Of a stretch of DNA of 64,000 nt, positions 12,553-24,331 are shown in pieces. The DNA is from Lama guanicoe (lineage: Eukaryota), in contig MU054391.1 in NCBI GenBank assembly GCA_013239625.1, positions 4,671,824 to 4,735,823 of the forward strand, in the 5' to 3' direction. Position 1 is the first letter of the stretch, and each line of letters begins with the position of its first letter. The position numbers were made by a program, and so were the translations under genes. The notes beneath the pieces are model-generated. The model saw nothing but the letters and a program-made list of their open reading frames with translations, was not told the DNA's origin and did no database searches.

Positions 12553-12949
12553 TGTGCGGATGTGTTGGGTGGCACCACGCTTTATTACGGGTTGTGCCTA
12601 CATGTGGCATGCGCAGCGGTCCTCATCTAAAGACGACACGGCCACCTGGCTTCTCATCTTGTCATCATCACTGCCTGTGTTTCCACAAGACTATTAATTC
12701 CGCTTAAACTCAATCAGAGATTGATGTTGTATCGAAGGCTTTTGTATAGCACTTTTTTGTAAGTTATCAGATTTTATTTTGCTGGCCCATTGATGTGAAT
12801 TGAGAGGAACAATTCAAATGGAGCATTAACAAACAGCAAGAAAAGATTTTAATATGGAAGGAGGAATCAGAAGGGAATTGTGAACTCTCTGAATAAATAC
12901 ACATGCATTTTTCTCAAGGTATTATTTTTATGATTCTTGGGGTCTGTGC
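12553..12949 (+). repeat. Left arm of ~400-bp inverted repeat
   Basis: Reverse complement of 14665-15072 by manual alignment; 12590-12689 vs 14936-15035 match at 95/100. Confidence 0.95.
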
Positions 12950-13799
12950 AAGAAGGTCTCCACCAAATCCCGCAAAGGGCCCAGGATCCACAAACAACTC
13001 TTGTAACGATTGTCACACAGGGTCTCCTGCCCCCGGCCTGTCATTGGTTCTGACAGGTCCCCACTAACTGGGTGAGTTTTTCCAGATCGTTACATAAAGG
13101 TGTATCCAGCATCAGGTCTGAGTTGATTTGTCAAGGGCCATGCGGTCTAATGGGATAGAAGCTCCCTGGATTCACACCTGAGAACAGGCACAGGCCTGAG
13201 CAGGGAGGAGACCCAGCAGCGGGGCCAGGCACGGCGATGAGGGGAGGACCCCCTGCAGGAACTGAGAGGCCAGCCGGCCTGGTGGGCACAGCACAGCCCT
13301 GGGCAGCTGCGGGGTAGGCCGTGGGGTAACCATCTCAGTGGCCAACGGGTTCCAAGAAGGGAGGCCTGCAGGGCAGCCACGGAGGGCGAGGCCATGTGCC
13401 AGTGCCAGGGGAGGCCGACGAGGACCAGATGGCACTTGGAAGAGCCAGATGCTACAGATGATACTTCGATGACTCAGAGACAAGGAATCAGCAGAAAGCC
13501 AGAGACCAGTTCTGGGCTCAGGAATAAAGCAGAACCCAGACAGGCAGGCCCCTAGAGGCTGAGTTCCAGGACGTGCAACTCCCAATCCCGAAGTTCGGGT
13601 GCCTCTGGCCAGTGAGGCTGCCCTGGGGATGGGTGCACGCAGCCCTGGGCTGGCAGGAGAAAGAGGTTCCCAATCGTGGGAGCTGAGGGATCTCAGAGCC
13701 TTGGAAATACGCCTGACAGACAAAACCGACAGATTTCGAGTTGATGTTTTTCTTAATAAGAAATTAATAAATTCTTGTTGTTAAAAAAAAAAGCAGATA

Positions 13800-14008
13800 C
13801 CAGGGATAAATTGGGAGTTGGAGATTTGCAGATACTAACTACTATATATAAAATAGATAAGCAAGTTTATACTATATTCAATATCTTGTAGTAACCTATG
13901 ATGAAAAATAGTATGAAAAGAACATATGCATGTATACGTATGACTGAAACATGGTGCTGTACACCAGAACTTGACAGAACACTGTAACCCGGCTGTACTT
14001 CAATTTTT
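13800..14008 (+). mobile_element. Truncated young L1 3' end in the inverted-repeat spacer
   Basis: gggataaattgggagttggagatttgcagatactaactac...gctgtacaccagaac...gtacttcaat; TSD aaaaaagcagata at 13787-13799 and 14009-14021. Confidence 0.85.
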
Positions 14009-14021
14009 AAAAAAGCAGATA

Positions 14022-14470
14022 ACAGAAAATACAAAGAAGATAACCCGGATTTCTTTCTCGAAAAGAAGTTGATCGTTAACACCCTGATACATAAACATCA
14101 GTGCATATTGATGCACATTTATTTCTGGGTTTACATATATACGTATATACATTTCACCCTCCAATGGCGGGTAACTGGCCCCATGGGTTAGTAAACATGG
14201 TGTGCTAACAGGCTCTTTCATGAGTAGCTTTTTTTAACTTAACAATATATAGTGTCCATGACTGCAAATCAACATCCCCATTTTAAATGACTGGTATAGT
14301 ATTTATTTCATACACCTGCCAAAATGCACTCTACAAATCCTCCACTGGTGGACACTGAAGCTTTCCCACTTTTTTGAATTTATGAATAGTGCTGCAGTAA
14401 ATATCCTTGTATATTTGTTGCTCGTAATATACAAAGCTCATAAGAGTGAAACCATCAGATCGAAGCCCAT
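14022..14470 (-). mobile_element. Old L1 (L1M-type) 3' remnant
   Basis: ttttttaacttaacaatatat; ttttaaatgactggtatagtatt; tggtggacact; aatagtgctgcagtaaatatccttgta. Confidence 0.55.
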
Positions 14471-14664
14471 TTTCAGTTATTTGCTGTCGAACTGAATTCT
14501 CTGCAGCATCTCATGAATATTTATGTGAAAGGTCCAGCCTCTGAATAGCTCTGTCAAGGGCATCTGTCACTTGGAAGTTCATTCGTTGAGATCATTCATA
14601 AGGGGTCTCGGGTCCCCCACCCCCTCAGGAAGAACTCAGTAAGGCAGACTCACACATAATCAGA

Positions 14665-15072
14665 GCACAGCCCTCAGGAGCCACAGAAATAATACCTTGA
14701 GAAAAATATATGTGCATGTGTATTTATTTATTCAGAGAGTTAATTCCCTTCTGATTCTCCCTTCCTCATTAAAATCTTTTCTTGCTATTTGTTAATACTC
14801 CATTTGAATTGTTCTTCACAATTCGTATCAATGGGCCATCAAAATAAAAGCGAATAACATACAAAAAAAGTACTGTACATAAAACTTTGACCTGACTGTC
14901 AGTCTTTTATTTTAAGCAGAATTAACAGCCCTGGCCTTGTGCAAATACAGGCAGTGATGATGACAAGATGAGAAGCCAGGTGGCCGTGTCATCTTTAGAT
15001 GAGGACCGCTGTGCACGCCACATGTAGGCACAACCTGTAATCAAAGGTGGTGTCGCCCAACCCATGAGCACA
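14665..15072 (-). repeat. Right arm of ~400-bp inverted repeat
   Basis: Reverse complement of 12553-12949; 44-bp perfect match 14947-14990 vs 12635-12678. Confidence 0.95.
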
Positions 15073-15129
15073 ATTGTTTGAAGGGTGCTTTCTTCTCACA
15101 GCAATATCTAGCTAGTTAGGATTTTAGAG

Positions 15130-16180
15130 ACGAGAAGGCAGCACACGAGGAGAAAGAAACACAACAATTTATTTAGACTTTCGGAAAAGATATTTCATCA
15201 AGTCCCAAAGGTTGGGTGTTCCCGACAAGAATGTATTTGTCAGGAATGAGGCGCTGAGTAAGAACTGGTCAAGGTAGGGACGAAGATGCAGGCTGAATAA
15301 GGAAACGCTGAGAAGTCTCTGAGCTCCCTTAGTTCACGTGGAGCCCCGCCAACAGAAGGCTTTCACGAACCCACCGAGGTAAGTCTACTGGAATACTTCC
15401 CAGAGAAAAAAAAATCTAAACCAGGCTCTCAGGGGCAGTGCCATCATACCAGGCTGGTGTTCTAGGGGGAGAAGGCTCTTCGGTTAAATAATTAGGGAGG
15501 CATCTCATTCAGTTTCTCCCTCTCTCTCTTGAACATTCACAATGCATATTACCATCTTTAAAGACCATAAGAAGCCTTTGATTTAAAAAAAATCTTTAAT
15601 CCTGTTTAGCCCATAATTATTGAAAACCCTTTTCTGGATGAGCACCTATTATAATCTCATAGAACATCAATGTTTCATGAACCATAAGCTGGTCTGAATT
15701 GTACATATGAACCCATGGGTACCAAATCTATCTGTCATAACTAGTGACACAAAGGTAGACTGGCTCTTCATTTAAAAAAAAAAAAAAAGCCCAGTCTATA
15801 GTGTCTGCCAATTTCCGTGGTGTAAATGCTCCCACTGTGGCTGATCTGAAGGAAGGCCACATTCTTCAAGGAGTTGGTATAAGCTATTTCTTGAAAGTTC
15901 AAGGTTGCTTCCTATCAACTTTGACACAGCTGATACAGTCCTCGGAAAAAAACAAGGTTAGATTAAATCAGAGTGAAATGGTAGAAGAATTCACCCCCCT
16001 AAAAAAACACCCAGCGCTGTTCTCGTGAATATCTCTAAAGAAAGAGATTAAAGACTAGGAGAAAGGCAACAAAAATTATCCAAAGGATTAGAAGAGCTTT
16101 AATGTGAGTGTCGAGTTTGGAAGCATGAAGACTGAGGAATGAATTGATTGAGGCCTGCAAAGGCATTAAAGTGTAAATAG
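15130..16180 (+). mobile_element. Fragmented L3/CR1 LINE remnants
   Basis: atttatttagactttcggaaa (IYLDF, CR1 RT-like) near 15167; gaaaggcaacaaaaattatccaaaggattagaa...gaagactgaggaatgaattgattgaggcctgcaaa (CR1 3' like) near 16060-16160. Confidence 0.45.
15797..15847. mobile_element. MER63 (hAT) fragment
   Basis: gccaatttccgtggtgtaaatgctcccactgtggctgat matches the recalled MER63 internal motif. Confidence 0.55.
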
Positions 16181-16195
16181 GAAGGGAGAAATTTC

Positions 16196-16352
16196 CTTTT
16201 TGTTAATTGAAGTCTAGTCAGTTGACAACGTTATGTTAGTTTCTGGTGTACAGCATAGTGATTCAGTGATACACACACATATATATTCCTTTCATATTCT
16301 TTTTCATTATAGGCTATTACACGGTATTGAATATAGTTCCCTGTGCTATACA
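16196..16352 (-). mobile_element. Truncated L1 3' end
   Basis: attgaagtctagtcagttgacaac...gttagtttctggtgtacagcatagtgattcag...ttgaatatagttccctgtgctatac; homologous to the 3' part of 48577-49299. Confidence 0.85.
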
Positions 16353-18094
16353 AAAAAAAAACTACCATTTTTAATCTTTTCTGTGTACTAGCAGGAGATA
16401 TGCACATATACAGACAGCCTGCCGGACGGTGACTCAAATCCAGCTGGAAGAATTTTTTAGAAACAAGTAGGAGTCACTCCAAAAAGGGGGCCCCTGGGGA
16501 GAGAAGATTAATTGACCATTGGCTACACCCACAAACAAGGAGGCATCAAACAGTTTCGCAGGAAGAGAGATACTACCAAGCTGAAACCCTTCCCCCGTTC
16601 AGCTCTGAGAAGGGAACTCAGCATCACGGGCCCCCTCCTTCCTCCCCCTTCACCTGCATCACCAGGTAGTGACACTGAGCAAGAGGAAGCCAGTCTTCCC
16701 TTTGAGAAGCTCCACATTCGAAAGCAAGTATGCACTGGACTGTCCCCAGAAGACCTACCGGTGAGGAGCCTCAAAGTCTTGCCAACTTGCCAGACCTGAG
16801 AAACTTCTCCTCCTGGTCGTGGGGAATTTAAACATCAACATTCCTTCTTTCAGCCTTCACTTGCCAGGTTCAAACTCTGGGAAGCTGTTTCTAAAAACAT
16901 GTTATGTCGGGAATTTTTTAGTCCTAACAAATGTGTAAGCAATTTGAGAGCAATCAAACAGTATAGCCTTCCGATCAAAAGGACAAAAAATTCCGGACCT
17001 GCGCTCCGTTGAATCGGGAGTGGGGCACCCACGTCACCAGGACCTGCCCAATAAGAGTCTCCTGTCGACACAGTGTCGTGGGTCGCAGGGCGCTCAGCTT
17101 CAAGGAGCCTCCAGGGACACGGTCACTTACTGCACAAGATGTTCAGGCACCACAATTAGAGTTAAATGAGCAGATGGCAGGAAAAATCTGCTCGCAGGGA
17201 GAAAAAAATGAAAACTAATATCACAGGGAAATTGTGCAAATTAGGCAGAGTCATCTGAGAGTCTGTGGACACAGCGATGCCGACCTGAGCCAGCCCAAGG
17301 GCCGCCGCAGGGAGGAGGCTGTGTGCCGGGAGTTCAGATCAAGCTTGGCTTCTGCCTGTGACTTAAAATCCAGCTATCCTGTCCCTGCCAATGTCCATGT
17401 CTCTTGCAAGGATTTAGCAAACAAGGCTCCTTGCTTTGAAGAATTAATCCTTCTAACTAGGGTTGAAAGGTACTTCACAGGAGAGGAATTAGCAGCCAGT
17501 TTATTTTTCACCTTGACTTCTATTTTAGCCACTTTGTCTTCAAAGAGGACTTCCTTGCATGTCCCGCCATCAGGACTCACGGGTCATCAAATCAGATAGC
17601 TCGCGGGTACATCCTACAAGGAGGCAGACCAGTCACACTCACGGGTCCTCGTTCATTAAACGAAGGCTTCATGGCTTTATAAAAGATGCCCTTTTGATTT
17701 AACCTAAATATAATAAAGATGTATCTTTTTTTTTAAGTCACCCTGGAGCTATCAAACCAGCCAAAGAAGTGTCTCTGGTCTCTGTTACTTGCCAACTTTG
17801 GCTCCAGCTGGGCTGCCCTGTGGGGCTCTGGACTGTGACACCTGTCCGCAGTCACTCTGGCTCTGGAGAAGGAGACCTAGTTATGACATTTGACACTCCT
17901 TTGGTCCAGGTTTCTCAAGCAGATAAAATCTAATTCAAGTTCCTGACAATGATCTTCCCGAGTCGCCTCACTAACCACGAGGAAGGTGGGACTCAGCACC
18001 AACCAGTCAGAGGACCTGGGCAGCGCTGGGGGTAACTGCTCTCGGATGAACCGCGCCACCAGTGCCCACGCCCTCCCGCGGCCCCTCCCGCTTG

Positions 18095-18515
18095 GAACCA
18101 TTATTGGCCTGGAGTAGCCAATAAAATGGGACAGGAGCATTGCTGTGTGACTTCTGAGGCTGGGGTGCAAGTTTCTGCCTTTGTCCCTCGAAAGGCTAGT
18201 TCTGGGGAAAGCCAGGCCCTGGGCAAGAAGTCTGAACATTCTGGGACGGCCCTGCTGGGGAAGCTCATGCCAGCATGTAGAGAAGCCACAAGGAAAGATC
18301 CAGGCAGGTGTTCCAGCCATCCATCCAAGCTGGGCCCCAGACAATAGTGGAAAAGCCACATGGGACTCCCTGCCAGTCAAGCTTTCAGATGAATTCCAGC
18401 TCCAGTCACCATCTGGCAGCACGGGAGAGACCCTGAGGGAACTGCCCAGCTGGACTCAGCCAAGCCACAGAGCTGTGTCACAACAACATGGCACTGCCTT
18501 AAACCACTAAGTTCC
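18095..18515 (+). mobile_element. MaLR LTR remnant (MLT1-type)
   Basis: ccaataaaatggg...ctgtgtgacttctgaggctgg...catgtagagaagccaca...gaactgcccagctg...ccttaaaccactaagtt. Confidence 0.6.
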
Positions 18516-18992
18516 CAGCAAGAGAGAGAAGGACCTGTGCTCCGCTCATATTTCAAATCCAAGGTTTGAAACATTATCTTGGATTCCAAAGACTGTCCAT
18601 CAGAATGAAGGAGAGGGCAGAGGCGGGAGGTGGTGTCATGTCATGAAGGAAGTGGGGTGCAGGGGAAAAGCGCCACGTGGACCACCACCGCTACCTGAGC
18701 GAACAGACAACTCACCTGTGGCCACGGCTCTCCTGCACTCTCGTAAGTGGCACAAGTTTTCCCGTTTGCCCAGGATGCTTTCCTTTGAACATCTGCCTGA
18801 AAAAGCCTTACTCATAATTTAAACACTCATGCCCCCTCCTGCAAGAAGCCTTCCTGGCTATTTCGGATGGCCTTTCCTCGAATCTCTCTCTGTCTTTCCG
18901 CTGTGCTTCTTTAGAGCACCTGTCACCATTTTGTGGTGCCTTTCGCATCTTTATTTCCCTTCCAGTGGGACCCTGGAGGGCAGGGCCAGTCT

Positions 18993-19372
18993 CTGCATTC
19001 ATTTAGTAGAGCTGCTACAACAGAGCATCATGGGCCTGAGGCAGAACAACAGAACTGTACTGTCTCTCAGTTAGGGAGGCTGGAAGTCCAAGATCACGCT
19101 GTTGGCAGAAGTGGTTCCCTCTGGGGACTGCGGGGAAAGCTCTGCTGCCCCGGCCTCTCTCCTGGCCTTGTGGATGGCCTTCTTCTCCCCAAGTCCTCTT
19201 CCCTCTAGGGAGTCTCCTCTTATAAGGACACTAGTCGGACGGAGTCAAGGTCACCCCAGTGACCTAACTTGAATACCTCACTAAAGACCCTCTCTCCTAG
19301 ACGGCCACACCTGGAGGTACGGGGGTTTAGGGCTTCAACACATGGGTTGGGGGACATGATTCTATCCCTAAC
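18993..19372 (-). mobile_element. MaLR solo LTR (MLT1A/B/C-like)
   Basis: gctgctacaacagagcatca...acaacagaac...ggaggctggaagtccaagatca...cttataaggacactagtc...gggtttagggcttcaacacatg...ctatccctaaca. Confidence 0.85.
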
Positions 19373-19430
19373 AGCACCTCATCCTTCTTGGGGTTTCCAG
19401 CTGTCACCGGGTAGGTCCTCCAGGAAGGCC

Positions 19431-19750
19431 AGAGAGGGAGAGAGAAGAGAGGGAGAAGGGGGAAGAAAAGGACGAATCAGTGTTTAGAGAGAGAAGAAGG
19501 AAGTTTAACAGGAAAGGTGTGGGGATAACTCTGGTTAAAGAGTGGGAAACCCCCCGGGTAGAGCCTCCCACTGCTCTGGAAAGGTGACCCCTATGAGCCC
19601 CATCCTCTGGAGGAAGAGGAAAGAAATAAGATGGTAAACTATAGAGAAGACCAATGGACATGATGGGGGAGAAAAGATGTCAGCAGGATATGAAAAGAGG
19701 TTTAAAGGCTGGAGTGCAAGGAGAAGGAAAGAGAGGGGGCAGAGGAGAGA
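19431..19750. repeat. GA-rich low-complexity tract
   Basis: agagagggagagagaagagagggagaagggggaagaaaagg and further purine runs. Confidence 0.6.
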
Positions 19751-21383
19751 CGCTGGAAATGTGACTGAGAGGTGGAGGTTCCAGTCGCACGTACTTCGAG
19801 TCTCATTCGAGATGCTGGCAGAGAAATACAGGGACGCTAATCCTACCACTTTAATTACCAGACTAGACAGCAGTTAGAAGAAGAAACAGACAACAGGAAA
19901 TAGAGAGGAACTGAGTAGACAGACGAGCACCTAATTCAAAAGAACAGAATTCTCTCCGAGCACAAAATGGGAACGTATCTGCACAAACAGGCGTAATTAT
20001 AGGCACATGGACATGTGTAATCGTAGCACGAATGTCTTGGGATATAGGCTTGCTGCATTTAATTGAAAATAACATCAAGAAATAGTCTTAAATCACTTTG
20101 CCTAAGACGTCATGAAGAATTCAACTATTTTAAAATGTGATGAACAAGACGGCAAAACCCAGCTTCACCTCTGGTTTTAATTCTATCAGAGAAAAAAAAA
20201 TCATTTCTCATCTAACAATCGCTACCTAAATAGAAAGATATTTTATAAACACAGCACCAAATAAACATCTTGATGTCTAAATTTTCTTTCTAGAAATACT
20301 TAGGTTGTGAAGAAACGGTGGCAAAAATACCCCTGCACAGACACAACTAGTCGCCGCCTCGTACAGGGCGTCAGGGCACCGCAGACGCCTCACAGCACGA
20401 ACGCAGCTGTTTCTAAGTCCGCCTGGAACACGTGTCATGGCTTCTTTGTAAACGATATTTTTTTTAATGCAGCCCCACAGTCCACTTAGAGCCGACAATT
20501 CTATGCCCAGCAGTAGCATATGTAGGGAGCGTTCAAAAGGTTTTAACACCAAAGTGAGGATAGATTCCTCCCGTTATCCCAGTGCTGGTATCAGGCACGT
20601 GAGAGGAGGCAGCGTGTGTACAGAATATTCTTCCAGCTAAACATGGGCCAGAAGTCAAGGGAGGTGGGGCGGGGGAGAAGACAGGCGAAGTGCTTAGAGA
20701 TTCCGGCTTCTCGTTATTAAACTGCTGTCTGTTCACCTGCTGCGCCCACACCAAAGCGCAGGGCTCGCCACTGCTCCCGTGAACCGGGACCGTCTGAGCA
20801 TCTTCTCTTGTCAGGGATGAATCCATCATCCCGAAAGATGTCAGCATCTGCCCAAACCATTTCGTATTAGAATAAATGGCAGATGGTGGTGTTTTTATAT
20901 TTAATCAATTCCACCAAATGCAGTTTCATCTCTTCTAAAACGAAACCATCTGCAGCGTGTAGGTGTACAGCTCTCGCTGAACGCCCGCTGCTGAAACTCT
21001 CCTCCGAGAGGTAAAGCCCCTCGGTAAAGCTAACGCCGTTGACCTGAAGCACAATCAGTCTGGAACTCCTTTAAAATAAAGCCCCGTGTTTTTAATAAAT
21101 ACTAGCATTTAGTGACGCTAAATATTTACGGTTGACGTGCCCTTCATTCTGAGGTTTGCAAGGAAGGTTCATGTTTCCTGCCCAGCGTAGCTTTCCACCC
21201 CGTCTGGAAGCCTCTGGTTCTAAACTGAAAAGACTCTCGCAATGAAACTGGTCCTTTTCTCTGCCTGTGAATTGGCTTCACAGCATTTCATCAAAATAAT
21301 TTGACGTGAGTTCTTCTGGGAGAGGTCAGCCCTGGCTGCTGAAGTGGCCAACTTGCTACACACATCCACCCACAAAAACTCAG

Positions 21384-21446
21384 ACACACACACACACACA
21401 CATACACACACACACACACACATACACACACACACATACACACACA
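21384..21446. repeat. (CA)n microsatellite with TA interruptions
   Basis: Direct reading. Confidence 0.95.
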
Positions 21447-22719
21447 TGCCCACGACACCAGTATGAAACATCCTTGACACATTTGTGTACCCCCACCTGT
21501 GTGCGGTCTGACCAGATGTGAAAAATGGAACGCTTATTTTGAAATGCTGGCAGGTGGAACCCCCACCCTTTGGCCACAGAAAGCACGGAGCAATCTTACC
21601 ACCGAAGGTAGCTTTTACTTTTATTCCTTCTAGAATTGGAAGCTTAATAAGGGTCCAGAGAGCAAGCTCTGTGCCCAGGGTGGGGGAGTGAGGGCTGGGG
21701 CACCACGTCCCCAGGATGGAGGAGTCTGCAGGTGATTCTGGAGCCTTCAGTCCCACGGGAACACAGGAGGAGAACAGTGAATTTCTCCCCAGACACAGAG
21801 TTGCTGTGGCATCAGCAGATAAGACACCGTCCAACCTGATGGTGTCATTAGTCTATTATCTTAAACCTTGACCGGCTTCAGCCTCTCAAAGTCCAAGTCC
21901 CTTAGCCCGCACCCACGGCTCTTGCAGCCCGGCCCTAGCTGCTCCCCTGTTCCCCCTGCTTCCTGGACTTCCACTCCTCCAAGGGCACCTCAGAGACACT
22001 TCCGCTGTCCAGCTTTCCCAGCATCCCCTGGAGGGACCCCGTTGTGGGGTCCAGTTGCCCTTGATGTCTGTTTGCAACCGAAGGTCCCGGTTGCGTGTTG
22101 GCCCGTCTGTCCCCTCACAGCACTCTGCATTCTGCTTCATTCCCCTCCATGTTTATCCCTTTCAACCTCCTACACTAGCCTCGCGCAGAGCCAGGAGGCC
22201 AGTCAAGGGCTGGAGTCAGTGTGTTGCAGGTTTTTGCTGTATGAAATACCGTATCTGAGGAGAACAGGACAGGGTTTATTATTTTTCCTCCAAATCAACA
22301 GAAAAGAAACCAAGTAGATAAAGAAAGGTGGAGGAGACAGGAGGAGGCATGAGGTGGCGTGTGAAGCGGCATTCCATTCCGTTGATGAAAAGTCAAAATA
22401 AAATTAAGACCCCTGTGAAAGAAGCACACTACATCGTATTCCAAGGTCTTGGAAAAAATACACTTGTAATTAAGCAGCTTCTTATTAGTCATAACTGAGC
22501 TGGACATTGAGCAGATATCTCAAACGTAATGTGGTCCAGAAACATCTATTAGGCAGTAGCCGAGCTGCCCGCCCCCTTCCCTGCACAGAGCCCATCACCC
22601 AATATAGCTCCTCCTCTTGCTTTTTCTCGCTCAGGAAACGGCCCCACTGCCAACCAGCTGTTCAGGAGCAGTGGGTCCTGGGAGTGGGAGCCCCAGACCC
22701 TGCTCGGCCATCCAGCCTC

Positions 22720-23460
22720 TGCGCACCCCGCCGACCGCACCAGCCCGCGGTCGGCACTCAGTAAGCACCGCCAGCTGACCGGTGGATCCTTCCAGCACGG
22801 CGGCATTTCGGCTCTCTCTAGAAGAGTGACTTAAATAAGAATGTATTGAGACTTTCAGAAGGTCCCTCCCTCTGATTCCCTTGGCAGAGACCTTTGACCG
22901 TCTCGCCCCACGCGCGTTGACAACGGTATCCAGTTCAAGATCGTATGGCGGGAGGCTCACCCGAAATTTACCTGAGTAGATGGCATCTCTTTTTCTATTT
23001 TCTAAAGACCCGGAGCCTTTAGCCGTGTCCACTCAGTAGACAGACACCTGCTGAGTTGCTGCACTTCGTCCGCGATCCCACGCGAGGTGCGCGCGGACAG
23101 CGGGGCTCGCCGACAGCTGAGTGGTGAGGAGACAGGCGTGGGGACAGAGCAGCCTCCAGCCTGCGGACAGCTCGGAAACGCTCCCGGAAGCGGCACTCAA
23201 GTGCCAAGGGCACCCGCGCATCTCGGGAAGGAGGCCCGCGTGTGGACCACGCGGGAGACGTGAAACCGCTCGGCCCTACGCCCACGGGCCCGGAAACTGG
23301 CCGTCACACACGCGGGGAAGCGTAGCCTGGGTTCCAAGGCAGGGGCCCCGCAAGCCTGCGCCACGTGAGCGCTACGTCCGAGCCCAGGCGGGCCGGCCTG
23401 AAGCCCTCAGCGTCCTGACCGTGTTTCCTGTCGATAGGAGTGGCTAGACTCCGTCGCACG
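22720..23460. promoter_or_regulatory. CpG-island-like segment, candidate promoter or enhancer
   Basis: Visibly the densest CpG run in the window (cgcgatcccacgcgaggtgcgcgcgg...); ETS-type ccggaagc 23184-23191; E-box cacgtg 23362-23367; CpG o/e not computed. Confidence 0.6.
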
Positions 23461-23843
23461 CACTGTTTCTGCAGTTGAGGAAACAGGCCTTGGTGGCTGT
23501 CACAGACATTTAAGCAGAAATTCAGACATGAAATGGCTTTGCGACTACAGGGCTGGAAAAGAGGGGGAATGACGTCTGTCTCCAGGGGGAGCGCTTCGTT
23601 GACCCCGACAGACCGGGGTGTTCTCCAAGGTCACAGAATGTCTCCCTCTTTGTCCCGGATGCCAAGAACTTGGGACGGATGTGATGTGGAAGCGCAGGTC
23701 CTCTTGTCACCTTTATGTTCAATGTGTCACCCACCTGCTCTCTTCTCTGTCCCCTTGAAAGTCTGTTTCTACCTGACCCTTGTTAAACTGACTGAGTAGC
23801 TGCTCTTGTCGTTTGGTTGTTGGCTGGCTGGTGACTTGCCACT

Positions 23844-24331
23844 TGTGTGTATGTGTGTGTGTGAGTGTGTTGTTTGTGTGTGATTGTGTTGTGTGTATGT
23901 GTGTGTGAGTGTGTTGTGTGTGTGTTGTGTGTATGTGTGTGTGAGTGTGTTGTGTGTGTGTGTTGTGTGTATGTGTGTGTGAGTGTGTTGTGTGTGTGAG
24001 TGTGTTGTGTGTGTGTGTTGTGTGTATGTGTGTGTGTTGTGTGTATGTGTGTCTGAGTGTGTTGTATGTGTGTGATTGTGTTGTGTGTGTGTTGTGTGTA
24101 TGTGTGTGTGAGTGTGTTGTGTGTATGTGTGTGTGTGTTGTGTGTATGTGTGTGTATGTGTGTGTGAATGTGTTGTGTGTATGTGTGTGTGAGTGTGTTG
24201 TGTGTATGTGTGTGTGACTGTGTTGTGTGTATGTGTGTGTGAATGTGTTGTGTGTATGTGTGTGTGATTGTGTTGTGTATATGTGTGTGTGTGAGTGTGT
24301 TGTGTGTATATGTGTGTGTGTGAGTGGGTGT
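23844..24331. repeat. Compound TG minisatellite (~22-24-bp unit gtgtgtgagtgtgttgtgtgtat)
   Basis: Direct reading; source of the THTH and CVCV pseudo-ORFs. Confidence 0.95.

Noticed and set aside
21020..21052. LQVNGVSF resembling a PDZ-domain motif
   Set aside because: Eight residues only; the surrounding sequence has no PDZ pattern.
21220..21834. 204-aa minus-strand ORF
   Set aside because: Runs through a (CA)n microsatellite; no recognisable domain.
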